A stretch of DNA of 64,000 nucleotides from positions 1 to 64,000 of the IMG/VR virus record IMGVR_UViG_3300042507_003741. The stretch is one strand, 5' to 3'. The position numbers were made by a program, and so were the translations under genes. The stretch is from a virus. Below the pieces are notes generated by a model. The model did not search any database and had not been told where the DNA came from. It saw nothing but the letters and a program-made list of their open reading frames with translations. Shown here piece after piece: positions 18,705-26,984 of this stretch (positions are counted from its first letter, which is position 1; the number at the start of each line of letters is the position of its first letter).

Positions 18705-19642
18705 CCCAGAATCTCCTTTGCGCCCCAGTCCTTGAGCATCCGCTTGGGGAACCCCAGCACGTTGGACACGGCATACGTCCCGCCCTGCGAGATCATTCGC
18801 TGGGCCGTCTGCTGGTCAATCCAGAAAGACCCCTCCGGCTGGTCGTGAACCTTCGGGCCGGTGTGAGCGTTCCAGCCCCACGAGTTCTGCACGCAGAAGC
18901 GGCAGTCATTGGGGCGGGTGTCGTCGGCTGCGTGCCACTGCATCGCGTGGTGCCATGTTCCGGACGGGCGGATCATGCCCTCCGAGTTCCGCCTCATCCC
19001 GGCGAACCCCACGTCTGAGCAGCACACCAGCCCGTACCCATTGGCGATTGCGTCCCGCGCCTGCTGCCACGTCGTCACCAGACTGATCGTCCCGATGTGG
19101 TGCTTCTTTGCCTCACTGGTCACCTCTGAGGGGACGCCCCGCGAACCCCACCGCATCCCCACCGCTGCGTTGTATTCCGTGAGGTCGAGCCCGAGCGCGT
19201 CATACTTCTTGCGGAGCATCAGCCCGCCAGTCTTGTGCGCCCACTCCACGATGCGGGAGCAGGTGGCACCCTGACCGCCGTGACCACGAGCGCCGTACAG
19301 CGGCTCCGTCGCCGTCCGGTCCACCCAGTCCTCTGTCGAGTGCAGGTCAGGGTCGTTGCCCCGAGCAACATCTGCCCCGCCACGCACGGCATGGCTCACG
19401 CAATCGCCCGTCGTTTGCGTCTCGTCGTATGGCTTGCGGCCGGTCGCCGTCTCCCAGTGAACGACCGACTTGAAGGCAAGCGACAGTTTGCCAGCCCCGC
19501 TTTCGGCCAGCGTGCTGCCAAACAGCGGCATGGGCAGCGACCGCAGCAGCCGGGCGGTGGCGTCGGGGTCGCAGTACGAACCCACGAGCCCTTCGTTGTA
19601 CGCCCGAGCGATGTCCTCTGGCGAGGCGAAGAAGTCTTCCAT
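18701..19642 (-). CDS. Papain-like (C1) cysteine peptidase
   Basis: QTTGDCVSH (Gln, Cys), WHHAM (His), QNSWG (Asn). Confidence 0.85.
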   Translation of the reverse strand: MEDFFASPEDIARAYNEGLVGSYCDPDATARLLRSLPMPLFGSTLAESGAGKLSLAFKSVVHWETATGRKPYDETQTTGDCVSHAVRGGADVARGNDPDLHSTEDWVDRTATEPLYGARGHGGQGATCSRIVEWAHKTGGLMLRKKYDALGLDLTEYNAAVGMRWGSRGVPSEVTSEAKKHHIGTISLVTTWQQARDAIANGYGLVCCSDVGFAGMRRNSEGMIRPSGTWHHAMQWHAADDTRPNDCRFCVQNSWGWNAHTGPKVHDQPEGSFWIDQQTAQRMISQGGTYAVSNVLGFPKRMLKDWGAKEILG

Positions 19643-19649
19643 GCCTCAC

Positions 19650-20066
19650 CTATTTGATCGCTGCAAAAGCCCGAGCCGCTGACTGCCTGAGTTCCGGCGT
19701 GAGCGGCAAGTCCTTGTCGCCCACAGCCAGGAGCAGGTACTCGTCGAGCCGCTGGCCTAGCCCGGCATACCGGCCCACCATCCCCGTGTTCTCAAAAGCC
19801 ATCGACAGGGCGTGCTTGTACCGTGCCCGCAGGTCGAACAGCGTCTTGCAGACCGGCTGCTTGGCCGACCCGTCCCGCACCACGATGTCCGCCACTGCCG
19901 CATGAAAGTCACGCAGGATCGCGGCATCGGCGGCACTGACGCCAGCCAGGACGCCAGCAGGCTGCGGCACAACCGGAGCCACGACTGGCCTGCGGGGCAG
20001 GACGGTAACCGTCATGGCCCCAATGCCAATCAGCAGGCCCGCCCAGATTGCGACCGTCCGTGCCAT
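19650..20066 (-). CDS. Membrane-anchored hypothetical protein
   Basis: N-terminal TM helix. Confidence 0.65.
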   Translation of the reverse strand: MARTVAIWAGLLIGIGAMTVTVLPRRPVVAPVVPQPAGVLAGVSAADAAILRDFHAAVADIVVRDGSAKQPVCKTLFDLRARYKHALSMAFENTGMVGRYAGLGQRLDEYLLLAVGDKDLPLTPELRQSAARAFAAIK

Positions 20067-20069
20067 GAA

Positions 20070-20312
20070 CTACCGCGCTTTCTTCGGGAGTTCCTTCTCT
20101 GCGACCAGGGCGGCGATCAGCGCTCGGGCCGCAGTCGCCACCGGAGTCTCGCCGGCCTCTTCCGCCTGGACGGCCAGAACGAAGAGGCGATTCACCCAGC
20201 CGGCCCGGTCTGACGGCGAGACTCCGGGCGACCGGGCGGCCGTCAGGTGCGGGAATGCCGCCGCGCCAGCGGCGACGGCAAATGCGACGGCGGCCACCAA
20301 GTACAGCGTCAT
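20070..20312 (-). CDS. Small membrane protein
   Basis: Start MTLYLVAAVAF with GGAG RBS; ATGA coupling. Confidence 0.6.
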   Translation of the reverse strand: MTLYLVAAVAFAVAAGAAAFPHLTAARSPGVSPSDRAGWVNRLFVLAVQAEEAGETPVATAARALIAALVAEKELPKKAR

Positions 20313-20581
20313 CCGTCGATCTCCGCCTGCGACACCGCCGTCACGACAGCCACGATGTACCGGAACAACTCCTCGCCCTGCGGGCTCAACAGGCACGCCT
20401 CTACCCGCTCGCAGAGGTCATCGTCGATGGGAGTCGCCGTCTTGGTAGCGACAAACCGCATGAGTTTGAGCGCCCCTGCGGCCCGCTCTTTCGCCGTGTC
20501 GGCTGCGGAAATCTCGGACAGCATCGACAAGGCCGGAGCCCACTCGACGATCATCCTCACCTTGTCCGCGACAGTTGCCAT
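20309..20581 (-). CDS. Hypothetical protein
   Basis: AAGGAG RBS; TPIDDD motif; follows putative late promoter. Confidence 0.7.
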   Translation of the reverse strand: MATVADKVRMIVEWAPALSMLSEISAADTAKERAAGALKLMRFVATKTATPIDDDLCERVEACLLSPQGEELFRYIVAVVTAVSQAEIDG

Positions 20582-20957
20582 TTGCCTTCTCCTTCTGGCG
20601 GGCCGCCCATGCCACCAGAAGATTTATGTCCCGCTCGGGACGGCACAGGGACAACAGTTTTCGCCTGACTAAAGCGGGGTCCAGCCGCAAATCCAGGCAC
20701 GTCTGGTCGAACGTGAACAGGCCGCCCGTGCCCTCAAACGCCCAACGATAGGCCGCCACCTGCCGGCGGAGCGTCTCCCACTCCTTCCGGCTTGACGGCA
20801 GCATCTGGGCGTACCCCAGCCGGCGGTGCCGGCGACACAACTCCCGAACGTGATAATGCGTGCGAACGAGAACCTCTGCGCAGAACCTACCCCAACCGGC
20901 CTCGCAATCCTCAACGATGTTCTCGTCGTCGTAGTCCTTTACGGCGACGGCGATCAT
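20418..20957 (-). CDS. Hypothetical protein
   Basis: TAATG coupling to upstream gene; 3' end overlaps next gene. Confidence 0.5.
   Translation of the reverse strand: MIAVAVKDYDDENIVEDCEAGWGRFCAEVLVRTHYHVRELCRRHRRLGYAQMLPSSRKEWETLRRQVAAYRWAFEGTGGLFTFDQTCLDLRLDPALVRRKLLSLCRPERDINLLVAWAARQKEKANGNCRGQGEDDRRVGSGLVDAVRDFRSRHGERAGRRGAQTHAVCRYQDGDSHRR
20621..20634 (-). promoter_or_regulatory. Putative late promoter motif GCGGGACATAAATC
   Basis: Shared with 40406-40419 and 58714-58727; upstream of membrane/lysis block. Confidence 0.55.
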
Positions 20958-21571
20958 TAGTTTGTCGGTGCCTCACAATAGCCGGTACGAAATGAACCTT
21001 CGTTGAGTTCCGGCCACAACTCCAACGAATGAATCGCTGCCATGAAGTTCCACGCCGCATGGCCCAGATGGTCTTCGCTCCTGTCGCCGTCCAGGAACTT
21101 GAATACGTGGCGAATGGCATGATTCAGTATGTCGGCTGCACCCATCCCGGCTTCCCAGTTATAGGGACTGTACTTGGCGGCACCTTCTGCACAGGCGATT
21201 GCCACTGCCTCAATGCCCTTCGGTGGAATCAGGTCATAACGAAACAACCGCACTTCGTGCATTTCTTTCTCGACACGGCTGTTCTCCTGAATGGCGTGCA
21301 GGACTGCAACCGCAGCGTTTGCCAGATGGTCGGCATTCCTATCTCCCGCCAGAAAGAGGTATGTATCTCGGAGGCACTCGTTGAGACATTCCGGCACGCT
21401 CAGTCGCCCCCCATACTTCGCGGCTCCTTCCGCACACGCTGCCGCCACCGCCGCCAGACCGATGGGCGTGATGAGGTCGTACCTCGTCGCCTCCGCATCG
21501 CTCGACCGAACGGCACCGCTGGCGTACCTGACTGACCTGTCCTCAGTTACTTTTGTCACTGGATTTATCAC
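20957..21571 (-). CDS. dATP/dGTP diphosphohydrolase-like (DUF5664) protein with internal duplication
   Basis: RYDLIxP..ACAEGAAKY..DHL(A/G)xAA occurs twice. Confidence 0.75.
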   Translation of the reverse strand: MINPVTKVTEDRSVRYASGAVRSSDAEATRYDLITPIGLAAVAAACAEGAAKYGGRLSVPECLNECLRDTYLFLAGDRNADHLANAAVAVLHAIQENSRVEKEMHEVRLFRYDLIPPKGIEAVAIACAEGAAKYSPYNWEAGMGAADILNHAIRHVFKFLDGDRSEDHLGHAAWNFMAAIHSLELWPELNEGSFRTGYCEAPTN

Positions 21572-22083
21572 TTGACTAACTCCTTGAATCGGGCCTCAAA
21601 CAACTCCTTTGCTTGCGTCCAGGAATACGGATTCACTGGCCCGCACGCAGGCTCTACGTCGATCCCCCAGTCGTGCGAGCAGGAGATCAAATCGCGCTTC
21701 TCCGCCATCAACGCCCGCAGGTCTGCCTGCTTTACGTCGGGCGGCATCGGCCACGACAGCCGAAACACGCGGGCTATCGTCTGCTGCACCCGCTCCTCCA
21801 GTTCCCGGTAGCCGGGCAGTAGGTTCTTCAGCGGCGTGGCTACGTCTCCCAAGTACGCCTCGCTGGCATCATGCAGAAGCCCCCACAGCGCGTTCTCTGG
21901 CAGCGTCAAGCGGCTCACCATGACGCTGTGCTGGGCCACGCTGTACGGGCACTTGCTGTGGCCCGTGAATCGGCTGATGAGAGACAGGGCGTGGGAGATG
22001 TCGGGCAGGCGGACGTCCTCCTCGCTGAAGTTCGCGAGGTCGATCAGTTTCCCGGTATACGTCTGCATGGTCGTGGCGTTCAT
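21568..22083 (-). CDS. HD-domain phosphohydrolase (5'-deoxynucleotidase-like)
   Basis: RFTGH, YSVAQHS, LLHDASEAYLGD, KQAD. Confidence 0.88.
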   Translation of the reverse strand: MNATTMQTYTGKLIDLANFSEEDVRLPDISHALSLISRFTGHSKCPYSVAQHSVMVSRLTLPENALWGLLHDASEAYLGDVATPLKNLLPGYRELEERVQQTIARVFRLSWPMPPDVKQADLRALMAEKRDLISCSHDWGIDVEPACGPVNPYSWTQAKELFEARFKELVK

Positions 22084-22085
22084 GG

Positions 22086-22559
22086 TCAGCACTCCTTGCA
22101 CACAAATGGGTCTATCGGACGCAACGCCGACTGCGGGACGAAATACGCTTCCCCGTAGCCACCGTAGTTGGCCTTGAACTTTGGCTGCTTCGCCTCCGCC
22201 GCAGGCATCCAGCCGTGAATGGTGAACTCGTGCGGGCCTCCCGTGACCAGTACGAACACGTCACTGTCCCTGTCTCCGGATCGGACGATAAGGTCATAGG
22301 AATGCTTGGATCGCGTGCGGACCTGGATGCGTTCACCGACATCACCACCAGACTTGAAGGTGTTGACACTGCCGTTCCAGTAGCGATTGGTCGCCTTCGC
22401 GAACGCACACTCACCGAGCGCGCCGAGAATGTGAACGTGCCACTCGTTTTCGTTTGTGGGACGGGCGTTTTGCAGACCCTTTCGCAGAGCCTCCACGTTT
22501 CGGCTTACTCCCACGAGTGCTGCCCGGCTCACCTCGAACCACTCCAGCGTTACCCGCAT
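22086..22559 (-). CDS. Hypothetical protein, PD-(D/E)XK-like
   Basis: GALGECAFA..DVG..IQVRT. Confidence 0.6.
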   Translation of the reverse strand: MRVTLEWFEVSRAALVGVSRNVEALRKGLQNARPTNENEWHVHILGALGECAFAKATNRYWNGSVNTFKSGGDVGERIQVRTRSKHSYDLIVRSGDRDSDVFVLVTGGPHEFTIHGWMPAAEAKQPKFKANYGGYGEAYFVPQSALRPIDPFVCKEC

Positions 22560-22667
22560 CGTTCTTTCCTTCCCTGAGAGCGACCCAGCCGTCCTTGTCC
22601 GGGATCGGGCTGTGGATTTCCTCCTCCTCGCCGTCGTCTCCATCCCAGTCGATCACTCTGGCGTTCA

Positions 22668-23369
22668 TCACATGGCCCCCTGCACCTGCTGCACGAATCG
22701 CTTGATCTGCTCCAGCGGGAACGTCACAAGCCACTCCTTATCGTTCTGCCGGTGCAGCACCACCGGGCAGAGTTCGCCGCACTGCTCACGGGACTTCTCC
22801 ATGACGGCGTGGAGGTTCAGCCCGCGCTCCACCCGCTTTACCTCCAGCCACAGGTGCGGAGTGCCAGGAGACAGGAGATCGCTGGCCGACTCCGTGCCGC
22901 TGTGCTGCTGCGAGCGGCGGGCTCCGGCCCATGGAACCAGCCGGTTCCATTCGGACGCCGCCTCCAACTCGCCACGCTTTCCCTTCTGCCTGCTGTTGAT
23001 TGCCATATCCTTCAACTCCTTTGGGATCCCGTTCCGCCGACGAAATACGAACACACGCACCGGATACCGCTCCGGGCCGTAGCCCAGATGTTTCTTGAGG
23101 CGGAGCGAAGCCAGGAACGCCGGGTCGTAGTGGGCGTCGTCAACTTCTCTCTTTGCGGTGAGCAGCATCCCTTTGGTGAGGTTGTTCTTGCCCCCGAAGT
23201 GCAACCCCTCGTGGCACCACATGCAGAGACGCAGGAGGTTGCGTCGGTCGTGGGAGCGGCCCGCCCCTTGTTGCAGGTGGTGGATGTGCAGCGACTCCCG
23301 CCCCCAGCACACAGCGCAGAAGCCGTACTCCGCCGCAAAGGCCGCCAGTTCTTTACGGGCATCACTCAT
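22668..23369 (-). CDS. HNH domain fused to Holliday-junction-resolvase-like PD-(D/E)XK domain
   Basis: CAVC..HIHH..NLLRLCMWCH; NSRQKGKRGE..DL..LEVKR..PVVLHR. Confidence 0.75.
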   Translation of the reverse strand: MSDARKELAAFAAEYGFCAVCWGRESLHIHHLQQGAGRSHDRRNLLRLCMWCHEGLHFGGKNNLTKGMLLTAKREVDDAHYDPAFLASLRLKKHLGYGPERYPVRVFVFRRRNGIPKELKDMAINSRQKGKRGELEAASEWNRLVPWAGARRSQQHSGTESASDLLSPGTPHLWLEVKRVERGLNLHAVMEKSREQCGELCPVVLHRQNDKEWLVTFPLEQIKRFVQQVQGAM

Positions 23370-23649
23370 CCCCCCTCTCCGTCGTCAGGCTCACGATGTC
23401 CCGCACGGCATGGGTAAAAGCCTCTGCGTCCTCCTCTGTGGCAAACGCGATGACGTACCGATACGACTCCTCTGTCGTGTTCAAGTCCACGCTGTGCTCG
23501 TGCGTCTCCTTTCGGCAGGCTGCCAGACCGCCCAGCCTCTTGGCGGCTTCCACCAACTCCCGGTTCTCCTGCAAGAACCCCGCCAATGCTTGGCCGATGA
23601 ATCCCACGACGATGACTCCCTTGTGAATGTTGGACACACAACTCTCCAA
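23362..23649 (-). CDS. Hypothetical protein (start uncertain)
   Basis: Overlaps start of next gene. Confidence 0.5.
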   Translation of the reverse strand: MESCVSNIHKGVIVVGFIGQALAGFLQENRELVEAAKRLGGLAACRKETHEHSVDLNTTEESYRYVIAFATEEDAEAFTHAVRDIVSLTTERGDE

Positions 23650-23689
23650 TCAAAGCGCCTCTTCAAGCGCTGAAACAAATCAATCTGCT

Positions 23690-23960
23690 CACTGTTTGAA
23701 GGCTCGCTGCGGGTGGACGGCGACTATCCCCAGCCCGAAGGCTAGGGTTAGCCGCCACCTGCCCACTGTCAGTTAGGACGTAGGGGTGTCCTCCTTGCCG
23801 CAGGGGCGGAGGCATGCGACCTGCTTATCGGACATCCTGCTGTCCGCGTGACTTGGCCCTGTCGCTTGCGGCTGGCCTACCCACTTTCGTCACGATCCCT
23901 TCTGGTCGTGGGTCATGCGTCTGCGTGCCATAGGTTCACCCAACCCACGCAGCCGTTCGG
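23690..23960 (-). ncRNA. Candidate structured RNA or cis element
   Basis: Gap with no convincing CDS; long stem with C(UUCG)G loop and G-U pairs on the minus strand (23713-23766); second stem 23790-23812. Confidence 0.45.
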
Positions 23961-23974
23961 ATTGTCGAATCGCT

Positions 23975-24373
23975 CTACTTCATTCGCGGGATGCTCCGCA
24001 GGACTGCCATGTCCGACCACTTGTCCGCAGCGTGCCAGGACATCCAGCGGCCGCCATTGGTTGCGGCCACAGGAACGCAAAGGACGACGCCCGTGCGGAT
24101 GTTGCAGAGCACAAAAGCATCGACGTGTCGCGGATCGTATCGCTGCGACTTGGCCGACCCTCTGCCAATGCGAATGCGGGACTTGTTGCGGCCGCGAGAC
24201 GACGATGCCTTGACCTGGATCCGCCAGCAGCGGCGTGCATCAAAGGCGAGCAGGTCATACCCGTCGTCCACAATCGGGACGGCGACGTAGAAGCCCGCCC
24301 GGAGCAGCCGCTCCACAGCCATAGCCACGCCGATTTGTGATATGAAACGCTCATCTGGCGATCCTTCGCTCAT
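23975..24373 (-). CDS. PD-(D/E)XK endonuclease resembling the group I intron-associated type
   Basis: GVAMAV..LLRAGFYVAVP..DDGYDLL..RIQVK. Confidence 0.7.
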   Translation of the reverse strand: MSEGSPDERFISQIGVAMAVERLLRAGFYVAVPIVDDGYDLLAFDARRCWRIQVKASSSRGRNKSRIRIGRGSAKSQRYDPRHVDAFVLCNIRTGVVLCVPVAATNGGRWMSWHAADKWSDMAVLRSIPRMK

Positions 24374-24381
24374 GCGCACTC

Positions 24382-25905
24382 CTACCGGGCCGCAGTGGTT
24401 TCCTTTCGCCGCCCCAGTTCCCTCCGCACGGCCGACGTGAATGGCGTCTCCTTCTTCTGGGAGCCAAGCACCCACGAGAGGTATCCCTCCGGGATCGAGT
24501 CCAGAGGAATGCCCTTGTATTTGCCGTACATCATCCGCCAGCCACGCTTCTTCTTGGCCTCCGGCTCGGAGAAGAGGTCGCGGGTGGTGTGATCGAAGTT
24601 GACGCCTATCAGAAGGCTCTTGCGGCGCTCCCGGCTTTCCAGTGACCGGGCCTCCAGTTCTGCCAACTCAATGGCATCCGCCTCACGAATGGCACTGACG
24701 GCATCCGTGCCCTCCATCGACAGAGAGGCAGACAGTCGGCTGCGGCGGGCGGGCCGCTTCCTGCTCTTTGCGTCCAGGACTTGCATCGCATTGAGCAGTT
24801 GATGGTTGCGACTGCTGTCGGTGATGTCGTAGATGTTGAAATGAGGCTTGTCGCTCGCCGCGATTGCCGCCAGCCGCTCGTCCCGGCTCATCTCCGAGTG
24901 GATCGTGCCGGGCAGCGGCCGGGTGCCGCGACCCAGACGCTGCTCGTATCGCGACAGGCTGCGAGTCGGCGCTGCCATGTAGATGTTTCGCAGCGCCGGG
25001 AAGTCCCAGCCGTACCCCAAGATGCCGACGTTCACGATGATCTTGGTTTCACCAGACAGGAAGGCGTCCATGTTCGCCTGCCGCTCGACAATGTTCTGGC
25101 TGCTGTGAACCAGACTGACAGTGTGCTGGTAGCGCTCAAACATGTCGCGCAACTGCACGGCCTGCCGCTTGTTGCATGCGTAGACCACCGACGGCTGCTG
25201 CTTGAAGGTTGACAGGACAAGGCCCGTCACCTCCTGCGCGAAATGCTCTGCCGTCATCACGGCTGCCAACTGGGACGTGTTCCACTCGCCGGCCTCGTCT
25301 TCCACGAGGGACAGGTCGAAACTCTTGGCCTCGCTGAGAAAACACTTGGGGCCGACCAGATACCCGTCGCTGATGCCATCCAGCAGCGAATACACCACCT
25401 GCGGGCGAGGCCAGTATCGCAATGCCTTGCCCTTGCCCTTGTAGGGAGTGGCCGAGAATCCGACGATGGTCGCCCCTCGATTTTCAAACCACTGGAGCAT
25501 CTCCTCCATGCGTGGCGTCATGCCGACGTGGCACTCGTCCACCAGCACCAAAGACACACGCTCGTACGCCTTCGCCTTGAACCGGCTGCTGGAGAGCAGG
25601 CTGTCCCGAGAGCCGACAATCACTCTGCGGCGCAGCCCCTCGATGCTCTCCGCAAAGTTCCCGCCCTGCTCGATGTCGCACCGTTCTCCCAGACGCAATT
25701 CCAAGCGGTCCCGGCCCTGACGCATGAGGTCAAGAAGCGGCACCACCTTCAGCGGGTATCGTGCGATGCGGCACAACTCGGCCATCACCTCTGTCTTGCC
25801 GGAGCCGACCGGCTGGCAGACGACGATCCGCTTTTGGCCTCGCTTTGCGGCCCGGCACACAGCCTCGACGGCGGATCGCTGATAGTCACGAAGGGAGATC
25901 GTCAT
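24382..25905 (-). CDS. Superfamily II DNA helicase (DExH)
   Basis: LRDYQ, PVGSGKT, DECH, SATP, GWDFP, QRLGRGTR; C-terminal YGKYKG..IP..YL.W. Confidence 0.92.
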   Translation of the reverse strand: MTISLRDYQRSAVEAVCRAAKRGQKRIVVCQPVGSGKTEVMAELCRIARYPLKVVPLLDLMRQGRDRLELRLGERCDIEQGGNFAESIEGLRRRVIVGSRDSLLSSSRFKAKAYERVSLVLVDECHVGMTPRMEEMLQWFENRGATIVGFSATPYKGKGKALRYWPRPQVVYSLLDGISDGYLVGPKCFLSEAKSFDLSLVEDEAGEWNTSQLAAVMTAEHFAQEVTGLVLSTFKQQPSVVYACNKRQAVQLRDMFERYQHTVSLVHSSQNIVERQANMDAFLSGETKIIVNVGILGYGWDFPALRNIYMAAPTRSLSRYEQRLGRGTRPLPGTIHSEMSRDERLAAIAASDKPHFNIYDITDSSRNHQLLNAMQVLDAKSRKRPARRSRLSASLSMEGTDAVSAIREADAIELAELEARSLESRERRKSLLIGVNFDHTTRDLFSEPEAKKKRGWRMMYGKYKGIPLDSIPEGYLSWVLGSQKKETPFTSAVRRELGRRKETTAAR

Positions 25906-26224
25906 GCTTCCCTCCTCGCTTCTTGGCCTTCTTGGCACGCTTGGCTGCCCGTTTCCTCTTGCCCGACTGAGGCTCGGCGGCCGGAGCCGACCAGCGGTTG
26001 CTGCAAATGGTCGCACTGCACTCCGGCTGCGGGTCTGCGGCAGGAGCCGGAAACATCTGCGACAGGCGTGCGTCCAGCCGCTGCGCCAGTTCGATCTCCA
26101 CCAGCAGGGCCGGCAGGATCGCCTTGCAAAACCGCACGGCCGTATCGGCGTCCAGCGTCCCCGCCTGTGCGTGAGCCGAGACGCCTTGAGCCAGCGAGAT
26201 GTAGCGTTCAGTGTCGGGTGTCAT
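25886..26224 (-). CDS. Hypothetical protein with basic tail
   Basis: Fills gap between ERF and helicase. Confidence 0.55.
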   Translation of the reverse strand: MTPDTERYISLAQGVSAHAQAGTLDADTAVRFCKAILPALLVEIELAQRLDARLSQMFPAPAADPQPECSATICSNRWSAPAAEPQSGKRKRAAKRAKKAKKRGGKHDDLPS

Positions 26225-26294
26225 GAGTGAAATGCCGGATGAGAGGACGGCATCCGGCGTGCCGTTGGGATGTGGCCCTGCCCTGCCAAGTTGA

Positions 26295-26984
26295 TTACGA
26301 CGCCGCCACCGCTGCCCGCTGCTCCTTCTTGGCCGCAGGTGCGGGCAACTTGGACACGCAGTCCGCAGCCACCAGACGCACGCGAGCGGCCGCTGCGGCA
26401 GACAGTTGCCCGCCCTCGACCCCTCGCTCGACGCGACTCAAAACGGAGTTCACCGACACTTCGTCCTTCGCCGCCCGCAGGTTCGCTACAAGCGCCTTCT
26501 CGATTCGCGGCTCATCGTTGATCGACGCGGCCGCATGCGTGGCGTCGGCCTGCTGCCCGTCGTCGTCGCTGTCCGCAGCAATCCCGGCGATGGCGCACAA
26601 CGCCGCACGCTTGAGGTACGTCGCCGTCGAGGCCAGCGACTGCGGTGGCACGTTGCCCTTGAGCGGCAAGTACGACCGCTGGAACTGCCCAGACTTGTGG
26701 CCGAGCGTGGTCACCAGGATGAGCCCACCGTCCTCGCCGTGAGGCATGAACGTCTGGCTCACCGACAGGCCATTCGCTGCAAACGGCGCCCGCAGCGTGT
26801 CCAGAATCGTCGCCAAATCGGCGTAGTCCGGGATCGGCTCGCCGGTCCGCTTGTCCTTCTTGGCGAAATGAGACACGCAGGTGCGTGGTGCGTTTCGCAA
26901 CTGACCTAGCGCCGTCGCATGAGCGGCAAACAGTTGATCGAGATGCTCGGACGCCTCCTGCCACACAGATTGAAACTTCATCAC
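26295..26984 (-). CDS. ERF-family ssDNA annealing protein
   Basis: YADL..IL..NGL...Q; TTLGHKSGQ; TYLKR.AL.AIAGIA.D.DDDG. Confidence 0.85.
   Translation of the reverse strand: MMKFQSVWQEASEHLDQLFAAHATALGQLRNAPRTCVSHFAKKDKRTGEPIPDYADLATILDTLRAPFAANGLSVSQTFMPHGEDGGLILVTTLGHKSGQFQRSYLPLKGNVPPQSLASTATYLKRAALCAIAGIAADSDDDGQQADATHAAASINDEPRIEKALVANLRAAKDEVSVNSVLSRVERGVEGGQLSAAAAARVRLVAADCVSKLPAPAAKKEQRAAVAAS

Noticed and set aside
20957-22083. 2-aminoadenine (Z) genome pathway
   Set aside because: No PurZ-like synthetase or phage polymerase recognised.
23690-24373. Group I intron around the PD-(D/E)XK nuclease
   Set aside because: No room for 5' intron elements (helicase stop is 8 nt upstream), no interrupted gene, and the AUAGUC match is explained by a simple hairpin.
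26233-26259. REP-like palindrome GCCGGATG...CATCCGGC
   Set aside because: Single copy; more simply an intergenic hairpin.
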